DNA from: an uncultured Eudoraea sp.
GTDB lineage: Bacteria > Bacteroidota > Bacteroidia > Flavobacteriales > Flavobacteriaceae
Direction of reading: 5' to 3'
Length of the DNA: 64,000 nt
NCBI RefSeq assembly: GCF_947260015.1
Contig: NZ_CAMYOM010000013.1
Location: 29,173-93,172 of the forward strand
Under the pieces are notes generated by a model. That model was not told the origin of the DNA and did not search any database. It saw only the letters and a list, made by a program, of their open reading frames with translations. The number at the start of each line of letters is the position of its first letter. The stretch's first letter is position 1. Both the position numbers and the translations under genes were made by a program. Shown here piece after piece: positions 8,816 to 18,429 of this stretch.

Positions 8816-11800
8816 TTGTTTTTACCTTCTAGCTCAATTGAAGTTTCTTCTTTCTTTTCGCCATTCTCTGATCCTTTCGGCGATTCTTCAATAAGCTTGG
8901 TTACTAATTGGTTATGTTGTTGTAGTTCCTCCTTTTGTTCCTTAATGGCGCGTTCCACCTCTTCCTTGGTAACTTTATTCCCCGTTACCAACCATTTGGT
9001 ATTTACCTTAACCTTATTGCTAAAAGAAAGGAAAATGGGTAACATTACCAGCGTTAGAGCAGTAGCAAAAGCTATCCCATAAGCAATTGAAATAGCCATA
9101 GGAATTAGAAACTGTGCCTGTCTGCTTTGTTCCAGAATAAGTGGCGCTAAACCAGCTATTGTAGTCAATGAAGTTAAAAAGATTGCTCGAAAACGGGAGC
9201 GCCCTGCATTATAAATGGCATCGTCAAACGACATCCCATCTCTCAGATTGTTATTAAATTTCCCTATAAGTACTAATCCATCATTCACCATAATCCCAAT
9301 AAGAGCGATAACACCTAACATTGATAAAATATTGATTGGAAAATCATGAATCCAATGCCCCCATGCAACTGCAGTTAAACTAAAAGGAATCATTAAAAGA
9401 AGCATCAAAGGTTGGCTAAAACTGCGAAAAGTAAAAGCTATGGTAATATAAATTAAAAACAACACCGTAAGGCCAACAAATTGAAGGGAGCCAATAAGTT
9501 TTCCTGCTTCCCTGTTTTGACCTTCATATGAAGGTATAACAGTTGGATATTTAGCAAGAATTTTAGGCATTATTTCTGTACGCATCTCAGTCATAATATC
9601 TGTGGCACTAACTTTTTTAGCGTCCTTAAGGTCCGATGATAATTGTATTTCACGGAGACCATCTAAATGATTAATAGCAACATCTCCCCGTTCAATAGTA
9701 TAAGTAGCAATTTCCTTTAATGGTATCCTACTACCATTAGGAGTAACGATTCGCATTTCATCCAAATCGGTTATTGAAGATCTGTTCTCACGATCATATC
9801 TTACCCATACCCTTATCTCATCTTGTCCTCTTTGAAATCGCTGGGCCTGAGTTCCAAAGAATCCAGCCCGAACCTGATTCATTACCGTCCTTAAATTAAG
9901 GCCCAACAAATAGGCATTCTCCTTTAGCTCCAGACGGATTTCCTTGATTCCCGCCGGATCGTTATCTGCAATATCTTTAAGGTCAGGATTATTGAGCATT
10001 GCCTGTTTTAGTTCCTCTTTAGCTCCTTTTAATTCCTCAATATTATAACCTAATAAAGAAACAGACACAGGGTCACCTCCAAAATTACCTCCTGAGCCAT
10101 ATATAAGGCTTTCAACACCTATTACAGGCCCTACCAATTCTCGTAGTCGATTCGTTACAAGATCTGACCGGATGGCATTCGGTCGCTCCTCTCCTGGCAA
10201 TAGGTTTATAGTAAGTGTTGCAGCTGAAGAACCAGGTCCTACATTTTTTATTACATTTTTATAAAGAACTTTACCCGTACCCTGAAGATATTGTTCTGTT
10301 AATTCCTGATTGACAATTTCCGCTTTCTCTTCAATTAAGGTTATTATGGAATCTGTTATTTTTTCATTCGTGCCATTTGGCATGAGTAATTCTATCTGAA
10401 CCCTATCACTTGCAATTTGAGGGAAAAAAGCAGATCTGATAATTCCCCCACCTATAGAACCGAAGGTGATAATTAGTGCAAATACGAAAAAAGAAAAAGT
10501 TAATAGTTTATATCGCAAGGCAAATTTTAATGTAGGACTATAGGCCTTATCCCGAAACCAAACCATAATCTGATCTCCACCTTTGTTGATAATTCTAAGT
10601 TTTGAGAATATTTTGGCAATACCCTTTTTTGGTCTTTTATCCTCCGCATGCAAGGCTTTAGAATGAGCCAAGTGAGCTGGTAGAATTATAAGAGCTTCTA
10701 CCAATGAAACTACAAGGGTAAGTATTACAATTACAGAAACCTCTCCAAAGAATTCCCCAATCCGTCCGTCCAGAAATAAAAATATTGAGAACGCAAGCAC
10801 AGTGGTAATAATTGCAGATACAATTGGAGGAAGCACTTCCATGGTCCCATCTATTGCAGCCTGAACCGGAGTTTTTCCTTTTTCGTAATGTTGATAAATA
10901 TTTTCGGCTATTACAATCCCATCATCTACAAGAATACCAATAACTATAATCATCCCAAAAAGTGACAGAACATTTATTGTAACATCGAAAAAACCTGCAA
11001 AAATAAACATCCCTAAAAAGGCCACGGGCAAACCAAATGCTACCCAGAAAGCCAATCTGGTATTCAGAAATACGGATAGAAAAATAAGCACCAGAATCAT
11101 ACCTAATATGGCATTTTCCGTTAGTAATAACGTACGCTGTGTAAGTGTCGTAGAAAGATCACTAACCACATTTAATTGAATATTGTTATTTTTCTGGTTA
11201 AAATCTTCAATATAATTGCGAACTTTTTCAGCGGAAGAAATAAGGTCTTCGGTATTTGTGCTTGTGATAGTTGTTCGAACTGACAGGTCTCCATTGAAAT
11301 ATGAAGCATTTGGTGTTTCTGCAAAACGATCCCTTATAATAGCTATATCTTTCAGCCTAATTGTTTGTCCGCCCGCATCTGCACGAATGATCAGATTGGA
11401 AAGTTCATCGCCATAATAGGACCTGTTATTTGCTCTGATCAGGTATTCTTCTTCGCTGGTTTTTATATTTCCACCGGTTACCAGAATATTTGCATTGGAA
11501 ACCGCAGCGGCAACTTCAGAGAAAGACAGGCCATAGGCAAGCATATTATTCTCATTTAAGGCTATTTCAATTTCTTCCTGGGGATATCCTGATATGCTAA
11601 TCTGAGAAATTCCCTCAATTGTCCGTATATCATTTTCTATCTGACGAGCTATTTGTTTTAAGGTTGCCAGCGGGATATTTTCACCACTAATTGCAAAGCT
11701 TATAGTTTGTCTTATTGCTTCCAATTTTGAAACTATTAGTGGTTCCATCCCGGTTGGGAATGTAGGTACCCTGTCTACTGCATTCTTCACCTGCAACAAC

Positions 11801-12114
11801 ATAAAATCTATATCCCTTCCTTTCTCAATTTCAACATTGATATTTCCACTATTCTCTCTGGATGTAGAGGTAACCCGGTCTACGCCTTCGAGTCCTTTAA
11901 GATTATCTTCAATTTTGAGTACAATTCCTTCTTCAATTTCCTGCGGTGAAGCCCCCGGATAGATAATGTTTATTGAGATATTCTTAGAATCCGTTAAAGG
12001 AAAAAATGAAGATTTTAAGGATGTCGCTCCAACGATTCCGAAGATGAAAAACGCAATTATTATTACATTTACGGCAACGTGATATTTTATGAAATAGGAG
12101 ATTACATTTCTCAT
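8812..12114 (-). CDS. RND efflux transporter permease (AcrB/HAE1-like), 1100 aa
   Basis: 12-TM, two-large-loop RND layout with conserved blocks (GMIIVIGILVDDGIVIAENI, ALIGIMVNDGLVLI). It has a charged C-terminal tail. Confidence 0.95.
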   Translation of the reverse strand: MRNVISYFIKYHVAVNVIIIAFFIFGIVGATSLKSSFFPLTDSKNISINIIYPGASPQEIEEGIVLKIEDNLKGLEGVDRVTSTSRENSGNINVEIEKGRDIDFMLLQVKNAVDRVPTFPTGMEPLIVSKLEAIRQTISFAISGENIPLATLKQIARQIENDIRTIEGISQISISGYPQEEIEIALNENNMLAYGLSFSEVAAAVSNANILVTGGNIKTSEEEYLIRANNRSYYGDELSNLIIRADAGGQTIRLKDIAIIRDRFAETPNASYFNGDLSVRTTITSTNTEDLISSAEKVRNYIEDFNQKNNNIQLNVVSDLSTTLTQRTLLLTENAILGMILVLIFLSVFLNTRLAFWVAFGLPVAFLGMFIFAGFFDVTINVLSLFGMIIVIGILVDDGIVIAENIYQHYEKGKTPVQAAIDGTMEVLPPIVSAIITTVLAFSIFLFLDGRIGEFFGEVSVIVILTLVVSLVEALIILPAHLAHSKALHAEDKRPKKGIAKIFSKLRIINKGGDQIMVWFRDKAYSPTLKFALRYKLLTFSFFVFALIITFGSIGGGIIRSAFFPQIASDRVQIELLMPNGTNEKITDSIITLIEEKAEIVNQELTEQYLQGTGKVLYKNVIKNVGPGSSAATLTINLLPGEERPNAIRSDLVTNRLRELVGPVIGVESLIYGSGGNFGGDPVSVSLLGYNIEELKGAKEELKQAMLNNPDLKDIADNDPAGIKEIRLELKENAYLLGLNLRTVMNQVRAGFFGTQAQRFQRGQDEIRVWVRYDRENRSSITDLDEMRIVTPNGSRIPLKEIATYTIERGDVAINHLDGLREIQLSSDLKDAKKVSATDIMTEMRTEIMPKILAKYPTVIPSYEGQNREAGKLIGSLQFVGLTVLFLIYITIAFTFRSFSQPLMLLLMIPFSLTAVAWGHWIHDFPINILSMLGVIALIGIMVNDGLVLIGKFNNNLRDGMSFDDAIYNAGRSRFRAIFLTSLTTIAGLAPLILEQSRQAQFLIPMAISIAYGIAFATALTLVMLPIFLSFSNKVKVNTKWLVTGNKVTKEEVERAIKEQKEELQQHNQLVTKLIEESPKGSENGEKKEETSIELEGKNK

Positions 12115-13244
12115 TGGTTTTCCAGTTTAGCCGTATCTTCCTTATATTTTTTTACCAGCATTCCGGCATATGCACCTACAACAGGTTTAGTTAGTATAGA
12201 AATACCATTTGGGACATCTTTCAGGACAACCTTTTTATCCGAGAAATATACCGGCCTCACGTCAACAAGGTCAAGGACGGAGTCCCTTACCATAAATATT
12301 TGATCATTCTCGAGCAATAGGTTTCTATCTATTTCAATAGCATCAGTTTCTTGTTTTGCATTTAGGTTAGCTTCCAGATACATTCCCTCTATTAAATCCG
12401 GATCACTTACTTCTATAAATGCTTTAATGGTTTGTGTAGCCAAATCTATGTTCCCGTTTATCCTGGCAACAATTCCCTTATATTTTTTGTTGCGATCCAA
12501 ATTAACCAGGTCTACCTCTTCGCCGAGTTTTAAAAGATCACTGAATGTCTTACTTACAGCAACCTCAAGTTCATACGTATCTGTATTTATAAATTCTCCT
12601 AATTTCTGTCCGGATCTTACAAGTGTTCCTTCAGTAACAAGAGCTTCCGTAAGTATCCCTTTAAACGGAGCCGAAATGCGGTATTTTCTAAGACGCTGTT
12701 CCTGGTTTTTAACACTGTAATAATTAGTGAGAATTCCACGTCCGGAAATAAAGAATTTTTCTTTTTCAGTAGTCATTTCCGGAAGAGGCGGTGTGGTTCT
12801 GTTCAGGTCAAATCCGCTCAAGTAAGATTGCCACTTTGGAAATACTTCAGGGTAATCCAGACGCAGATCGGGCATGATCGAAGTAATTAAATTGTATAAA
12901 TTACTCTTGGCCGACTGTACACTTGCATAGTATTCAGAGGCATCTATTTTGATAATTGTTTCACCTGTTTTGTAAGGTTGTCCAGCTTTAAACAGTTTAT
13001 TCCCTTTTTGGAAAACGCCCTGAACTTCAGCATAGAGTTCAACCCTCCTTTTTGCCCTTAAATTGCCATTCGCCGGGACGATAATAGCAACCGTCCCATT
13101 GGACACAGTTTCCGTAAAAACAGTTTTTACTACTTTTTCTACTTTCGCCTTTGGTCTGGATTTACTGTTAGCAATTTGTTTAGCCAAAAAAAATGAGGCT
13201 ATTATAATTACAATTCCTAATATTGATAAAATTATTTTTCTCAT
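12111..13244 (-). CDS. RND efflux periplasmic adaptor (HlyD/MFP family)
   Basis: N-terminal membrane anchor with barrel-sandwich/lipoyl-like and beta-barrel regions. Translationally coupled to the permease by a 4-nt overlap. Confidence 0.85.
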   Translation of the reverse strand: MRKIILSILGIVIIIASFFLAKQIANSKSRPKAKVEKVVKTVFTETVSNGTVAIIVPANGNLRAKRRVELYAEVQGVFQKGNKLFKAGQPYKTGETIIKIDASEYYASVQSAKSNLYNLITSIMPDLRLDYPEVFPKWQSYLSGFDLNRTTPPLPEMTTEKEKFFISGRGILTNYYSVKNQEQRLRKYRISAPFKGILTEALVTEGTLVRSGQKLGEFINTDTYELEVAVSKTFSDLLKLGEEVDLVNLDRNKKYKGIVARINGNIDLATQTIKAFIEVSDPDLIEGMYLEANLNAKQETDAIEIDRNLLLENDQIFMVRDSVLDLVDVRPVYFSDKKVVLKDVPNGISILTKPVVGAYAGMLVKKYKEDTAKLENQ

Positions 13245-13254
13245 TCCTTTACGG

Positions 13255-13719
13255 TTATATTTGAGCCTCTGCAGAGCTTATATTATGTTGAATGCGCTCC
13301 AAAGTTTTCTTTAGTTGTTGAATATCACTTTCTGAAATATTTCTTTCCATCAAGTCTTTAAGCTTAATTATTATCGGTCTGGTTCTTAAGAAAATTTCCT
13401 TTCCAATTTCGGTAAGGAATACCCTATTTACCCTCTTATCAACATCGTCCTGAATTCTGACTATATAATTCTTACGTTCCATTTTGGCCAGCAATCTGGC
13501 CATAGAGGACTTATCTCTAAACGTTAAGAAGGCAAGTTCATTTTGAATAAGGCCATCTTTTTCAAATAATTTTTTAAGAACTATCATTTGCTCTTTGCTC
13601 ATATCCAATCCTTCCGCCTGCAATGCCTCATTTAAATAATAATCCAGCATCTTAGAGCTTACACCTATAGAACGACCTACAGATTTATCAAAATCCACTA
13701 AAATGTCTGTATTATTCAT
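13255..13719 (-). CDS. MarR-family transcriptional regulator
   Basis: About 150 aa winged-HTH protein (LSMSKEQMIVLKKLFEKDGLIQNELAFLTFRDKSSMARLLAKMERKNYIVR...DKRVNRVFLT). It is the first gene of the RND operon. Confidence 0.85.
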   Translation of the reverse strand: MNNTDILVDFDKSVGRSIGVSSKMLDYYLNEALQAEGLDMSKEQMIVLKKLFEKDGLIQNELAFLTFRDKSSMARLLAKMERKNYIVRIQDDVDKRVNRVFLTEIGKEIFLRTRPIIIKLKDLMERNISESDIQQLKKTLERIQHNISSAEAQI

Positions 13720-13742
13720 ACTGCAAATATAACGCTAAAATT

Positions 13743-13766
13743 CATTAGTTGCATATGCAACTAATG
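13743..13766. promoter_or_regulatory. Perfect 24-bp palindrome, candidate MarR operator
   Basis: cattagttgcat|atgcaactaatg is its own reverse complement (checked base by base). It lies 24 nt upstream of the marR ATG. Confidence 0.5.
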
Positions 13767-13815
13767 TTAAAGTATTCTTAATTTATGTTTAATATTTTCA
13801 ACTTATCTTAAAACA

Positions 13816-13842
13816 AAAAGGGATGCTTATTGCATCCCTTTT
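13816..13842 (-). terminator. Rho-independent terminator downstream of the LRR gene
   Basis: 11-bp stem aaaagggatgc/gcatccctttt with loop ttatt. On the minus strand it is followed by TTTTTGTTTT. Confidence 0.7.
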
Positions 13843-13868
13843 AATCTAACTAAAGCACAATTTAACTA

Positions 13869-14747
13869 CTAATTTTCATCATCATCCTCAAATTTCGTAT
13901 CTGCCATGCGGGTTTTAGAAAAATTGACATCCTTGAAATCTAATTTTACATCACCTTTATCATAATCAAAAACCAGAAACTCCCTGGTGTCCAAAAGTTC
14001 AAGGTTTTTATATGAATTAAATTTGTTGTTCTGAATTTGCAACACTTTAAGACTAGCCAACTGACCAAATTCTGCGGGAATCTCCCCACCTAATTGATTA
14101 TTTGCAAGTACAAGTTCCTTGAGTAAAACCAGTTGTCCTAAGTTATGTGGGATTTCACCATCCAAAGTATTCTCAAAAAGTCCCAGACTTTCAAGTCTTG
14201 TAAGATTTCCAATTGAATCTGGTATATGGCCAACAAAATTATTACTGGAAAGGTTAAGTACGCGTAGGTTAACTATATTCCCTATACTATTTGGAATAGC
14301 ACCAGAGAAAAAATTATTAAAAGCGGTAAGCTCCAATAAATTTTCCATGTTTCCTATCTCCTCAGGAAGATTCCCTTTAAACCTGTTCATCTCTATTTTC
14401 AGAACCTCCAGGCTTTGTAGTTGTGTAATTGTATTTGGTAACTCTCCGCTCAGCGTATTAAATGCCAGATTAAGAATTCGCAAGTGATTCAAGTTACCAA
14501 TGCTCTCCGGAATAGTACCGGAAAGATTATTGCGAAATAAATTTATCTCCACGACATGATTTCCTTCAACCTTAACCCCATACCACTCTGAAACCGGTTG
14601 GTCTAAATGCCATTGCTTTAACCAGGAAGTTCCATTAGTGCTTTCATAAAGATCTAATAAAGCCATTTTTTCAGCCTTACTGACCTTTGCATTAATCACC
14701 TGATTTGCCGTTATTAAAAGAACCAGAACAAGAAGCAGCTTTTTCAT
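13869..14747 (-). CDS. Secreted leucine-rich-repeat protein with plant-type (24-residue, LxxLxLxxNxLsGxIP) repeats
   Basis: Signal peptide, then an N-cap like plant LRRNT (ALLDLYESTNGTSWLKQW...WYGVKV). About 8 tandem repeats follow, e.g. NNLSGTIPESIGNLNHLRILNLAF, NTLSGELPNTITQLQSLEVLKIEM, NNFVGHIPDSIGNLTRLESLGLFE. Acidic C-terminal tail. Confidence 0.85.
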   Translation of the reverse strand: MKKLLLVLVLLITANQVINAKVSKAEKMALLDLYESTNGTSWLKQWHLDQPVSEWYGVKVEGNHVVEINLFRNNLSGTIPESIGNLNHLRILNLAFNTLSGELPNTITQLQSLEVLKIEMNRFKGNLPEEIGNMENLLELTAFNNFFSGAIPNSIGNIVNLRVLNLSSNNFVGHIPDSIGNLTRLESLGLFENTLDGEIPHNLGQLVLLKELVLANNQLGGEIPAEFGQLASLKVLQIQNNKFNSYKNLELLDTREFLVFDYDKGDVKLDFKDVNFSKTRMADTKFEDDDEN

Positions 14748-14925
14748 TAAATGGAGATTTAAGAAATTGTTGTAACTTTAATTAAATAAAAACCTTTCAT
14801 TAATAAAGAATTACCCTACAAAACTACTAATTTATATAGACAAACAACCTATATAATCGATGAAGTGCTTGTTTTTGATGTGAAAGTCCTATTTTCTGTT
14901 GTGAAAAGAAATTTAGGCCTGCATT

Positions 14926-16848
14926 TTATTCCCCCGTCCGACTGTTTTCAAGCTCTAAAGTAGTATTTTCCCACTTTGTCATCAACTCCTCCAGCTCCTT
15001 TTTTTTAGCCTGATAATTATCGAAAAAATCCGGAATCGCAATTGTAGTATCGTAATCCATAAGCAGATCGTGATCTATTTTAGCGATCTCCTTCTCTAAT
15101 CCGGCTATGTTACTTTCAAGAGTACTTAACTTATTCTTTAGCGCCTTTAATCGTTTCTGACCTTCATAATCTGAAGGTTTGTTATTGCGTTTTTCTTTCT
15201 TTTTCTGATCGGTTTGTTTCTTTTCGATTTCCCGGAAATCTTCAACTTTCCGCTGATCAAGAAAATAATTTATGTCCCCTAAATACTCTTTTATTCTTTT
15301 TTCCTTAAACTCATAAACCTTATTGGTAAGTCCCTGCAAAAAATCGCGGTCATGCGAAACTACAATCAATGTACCCTCGAACTGTTTCAATGCCTCTTTT
15401 AAAACATGTTTAGATTTGATATCGAGATGATTTGTTGGCTCATCCATAACAAGAACATTAAAGGGTTGCAGCAACATTTTAGCTAATGCCAATCTGTTCC
15501 TTTCCCCCCCGGATAAAACTTTGACATATTTATCTACATCCTCACCACTAAAGAGAAAAGATCCCAATATATCCCTTACTTTACTCCTATTCTTCTCATT
15601 GGCAGCATCGATCATAGTGTCCAGTATGGTTTTATTGCCATCCAGATATTCCATTTGATTTTGGGCGAAATAACCTATTTCAACATTATGTCCGGATTTT
15701 AGTCTTCCCTGATATTCCAATTCCCCGACAAGAATCTTGGCTAAGGTTGTTTTACCTTGTCCATTCTGGCCCACAAAAGCTGTTTTGCTATCCCTTTCCA
15801 ATATTAAGTCTACTCCGTTTAAAACTTCCTTATTACCATAACTTTTGGAAAGGTCCTCCATTTCAAATATCACTTTTCCGGGAATTACGGAAATTGGAAA
15901 TCTCAATTTCATAGCACTAAGGTCATCCTGATCAACCTCAATGCGCTCCATCCTGTCCAGTTTCTTAATAAGTGATTGAGCCATAGTAGCTTTTGAGGCC
16001 TTGGCCCGAAATTTGTCTATTAAACGCTCTGTTTGTTGAATTTCTCTTTCCTGGTTCTTTTGGGCACTTAGTTGTTGTTCTTTTATTTCTCCTCTTAGCA
16101 CTAAATATTTAGAATATGGCTTGTTGTAATCATAAATTCTTCCGAGGGATATTTCTATTGTTCTATTTGTAACATTATCCAAAAACATTCTATCATGAGA
16201 AACTATCACCAGTGCACCGGGATAATTTAGCAGAAATTGCTCCAGCCAAAGTATAGAATCAATATCCAAATGGTTGGTAGGCTCATCTAATAAAAGAACA
16301 TCATTATTCTGCAGAAGAAGTTTAGCTAATTCTATACGCATCCGCCATCCACCGGAGAAGATATCTGTACTTTTATCAAAATCTTCCCTTTTAAAACCAA
16401 GACCTAAAAGAATTCTTTCAGTCTGTCCCTGATAATTGTAACCTCCATGAACTTCATATTGATGAGTTATATCATTCAGGTCTATAATTAATTGATTGTA
16501 AAGGTCGCTCTCGTAATCTGTTCTTTCCCCTAGTTGGAAATTTATTTGCTCCAATTTGAGTTCTAATATTTTTATTTCTGTAAAAGCCTCATAGGCCTCT
16601 TCAAGAACAGATCTTCCATACTCAAAATCAAGATCCTGTTTAAGGCAGCCAATTTTTATATCTTTTTCTGTGGCCAGTGTACCCGAATCTGGTTCCATTT
16701 CCTTAGAAAGTAATTTCAGCAAGGTAGATTTCCCCGCACCATTTTTTCCAATAAGCCCAACCCTGTCCCCTGCATTTAATCTAAACGCGATTTCTTTAAA
16801 CAGGTATTCTCCTCCAAAAGAAACAGAAAGATTATGAATATTTAGCAT
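14926..16848 (-). CDS. ABC-F family ATPase (two NBDs, no TMD)
   Basis: Two Walker A motifs (GKNGAGKST, GQNGQGKTT), two signature motifs (FSGGWRMR, LSGGERNR), and a coiled-coil linker and tail. I place the start at the ATG at 16848 (MLNIHNLSVSF). The 21-codon upstream extension in the ORF track looks spurious. Confidence 0.9.
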   Translation of the reverse strand: MLNIHNLSVSFGGEYLFKEIAFRLNAGDRVGLIGKNGAGKSTLLKLLSKEMEPDSGTLATEKDIKIGCLKQDLDFEYGRSVLEEAYEAFTEIKILELKLEQINFQLGERTDYESDLYNQLIIDLNDITHQYEVHGGYNYQGQTERILLGLGFKREDFDKSTDIFSGGWRMRIELAKLLLQNNDVLLLDEPTNHLDIDSILWLEQFLLNYPGALVIVSHDRMFLDNVTNRTIEISLGRIYDYNKPYSKYLVLRGEIKEQQLSAQKNQEREIQQTERLIDKFRAKASKATMAQSLIKKLDRMERIEVDQDDLSAMKLRFPISVIPGKVIFEMEDLSKSYGNKEVLNGVDLILERDSKTAFVGQNGQGKTTLAKILVGELEYQGRLKSGHNVEIGYFAQNQMEYLDGNKTILDTMIDAANEKNRSKVRDILGSFLFSGEDVDKYVKVLSGGERNRLALAKMLLQPFNVLVMDEPTNHLDIKSKHVLKEALKQFEGTLIVVSHDRDFLQGLTNKVYEFKEKRIKEYLGDINYFLDQRKVEDFREIEKKQTDQKKKEKRNNKPSDYEGQKRLKALKNKLSTLESNIAGLEKEIAKIDHDLLMDYDTTIAIPDFFDNYQAKKKELEELMTKWENTTLELENSRTGE

Positions 16849-16911
16849 TTTTGTGATTGGTGTTACAATTAGAAACTGTGCAAAATCGTAGTTTTGCCTA
16901 AACTTTTGCAA

Positions 16912-17298
16912 ATGTTAAAAAAAGGAAACAAACTATACAGCATTTTAACAGGAAGTTGTCCGAGGTGCCACCGGGAAAGTATGTATTCGGTTAACAATCC
17001 TTATGTTCTGGGTTCTCTTTTTAAAATGCAGGCACGTTGTTCACACTGCAATACCAAGTACAAAATTGAGCCTTCCTTTTTCTACGGGGCAATGTACGTA
17101 AGTTATGCAGTGGGAATTGCATTTGCAATAGCGACTTTTGTCATCTCTTTTTTAATAATTGGTACTGGCTTAATAAATACATTTATTGCAATAGTAGTTA
17201 CCATGGTTGTCTTTTTACCTGTAATTATTAGGCTTTCCCGAAATATATGGATCAATATCTTTATAAAATACGATCCGCGAACTGTTCATATAGATTAA
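16912..17298 (+). CDS. DUF983-like membrane protein (CxxC...CxxC zinc-ribbon plus 2 TM)
   Basis: CPRCHRES...CSHCNTKY followed by two hydrophobic helices. The start is taken at the second ATG (MLKKGNK). Confidence 0.55.
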   Translation: MLKKGNKLYSILTGSCPRCHRESMYSVNNPYVLGSLFKMQARCSHCNTKYKIEPSFFYGAMYVSYAVGIAFAIATFVISFLIIGTGLINTFIAIVVTMVVFLPVIIRLSRNIWINIFIKYDPRTVHID

Positions 17299-18350
17299 AC
17301 TTTAATATAGGCTTTTTCATATCTGCTAATGTCCATTTCGGGGTCTATTGACCCACCATTCTCTATATATTCATATAACTGGTTTGAAGCATAGGGGGCA
17401 ATCATGACACCCCTTGACCCAAAACCATTTAATATGTAAATATGATCGAGAACAGGGTGTTTGCCCACCAAAGGCCTCCTATCAGCCACTGTGGGCCTTA
17501 TTCCGGCAACATGGTTCACTATTTTATAATCACACTTTAAAAAGGTCTCAAGCTTTGTAAGGAGCTCTAATTTGGCCTCCGAAGTGGGCTCATTATTTTT
17601 ATCCTTCCATTTGTAAGTGGCTCCTATTCTGTAAAGATCATTCCCCACAGGAATAATAAAAACTGAAGATTTAATTACCCTCTCTTCCTTAAGCAGCGGG
17701 GCCTTTATAGTTAAGAGTTCTCCTTTTGTTCCGTTTAGTGGTAAGTAATTAAAATACCTATTTCTTTTTATTCCAAATCCGGTAGCAAAAACAATTCTTT
17801 TGGCATTAATAGCTCCATAGGAAACACCGTTCGTACCTATCGTTAAATCATCAAAGTTGAAAGTTTCCTCATATAATAACTTTTTTTTGGATAAATATCC
17901 GGAATATGCTTTCACCAACTTCTGCGTATCTACTCTTCCGGTATGTAAGACCTCTCCAAAGCCAAAAGGTGCATTGAGACTTGGGTTGTTATTAATGAGT
18001 AGTTTTGTAGAAAGATATGGCTGTAATCTTTGTTTATCTGCTGCCTCAAACCATAGGTTTTGCTCCTCTACAGATGCAAATATTCTTAAAACCGGCACTT
18101 TATGATCCAGGGATACCCCCAGTTTATCCTCTAGCCTTTTGTAAAAGTGCTGAATCAATCCCAGTTGTTCATGAGCTTGCCAGGCAAGGTTAAATCTTTT
18201 TAAAATAACCGGATTATACAATCCTCCTGCAATATTCGATGATGTTTGAGAGTCATCATTGATCACCATGAAGGTTTTACTGTGCTCTTCAAGCCTTTCA
18301 CAAAATGCTATCCCGGCCAGTCCGAGACCTACTATTAAGTAATCTACCAT
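17295..18350 (-). CDS. FAD-dependent oxidoreductase (DAO family)
   Basis: N-terminal Rossmann dinucleotide motif DYLIVGLGLAGIAF. The 351-aa length is typical of DAO-like enzymes. Confidence 0.75.
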   Translation of the reverse strand: MVDYLIVGLGLAGIAFCERLEEHSKTFMVINDDSQTSSNIAGGLYNPVILKRFNLAWQAHEQLGLIQHFYKRLEDKLGVSLDHKVPVLRIFASVEEQNLWFEAADKQRLQPYLSTKLLINNNPSLNAPFGFGEVLHTGRVDTQKLVKAYSGYLSKKKLLYEETFNFDDLTIGTNGVSYGAINAKRIVFATGFGIKRNRYFNYLPLNGTKGELLTIKAPLLKEERVIKSSVFIIPVGNDLYRIGATYKWKDKNNEPTSEAKLELLTKLETFLKCDYKIVNHVAGIRPTVADRRPLVGKHPVLDHIYILNGFGSRGVMIAPYASNQLYEYIENGGSIDPEMDISRYEKAYIKV

Positions 18351-18361
18351 AGCGTAAAATT

Positions 18362-18395
18362 AAAAAACGCTGCACCAAATGGTGCAGCGTTTTTT
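18362..18395 (-). terminator. Rho-independent terminator after gldN
   Basis: aaaaaa-cgctgcacc-aaat-ggtgcagcg-tttttt: a 9-bp GC-rich stem flanked by A and T runs. Confidence 0.8.
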
Positions 18396-18429
18396 AATTT
18401 ATATCTGAATTGGAAATTAACGTTTGCTA

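Noticed and set aside
13724-13731. TATATTTG (minus strand) as the -7 box of marR
   Set aside because: It matches TAnnTTTG but ends only 4 nt from the ATG, which would imply a leaderless transcript. This cannot be supported without TSS data, so it is not listed as a feature.
14926-16911. Longer N-terminal extensions offered by the ORF track. These are ABC-F from 16911, miaB from the TTG at 28370, S41 protease from the TTG at 57805, lpxB from 59090, msrA from the TTG at 54969 and DUF983 from 16894.
   Set aside because: In each case a downstream ATG coincides with the conserved family N-terminus or a signal peptide. The extension overlaps a neighbouring gene or promoter. The downstream starts are used in the feature table.
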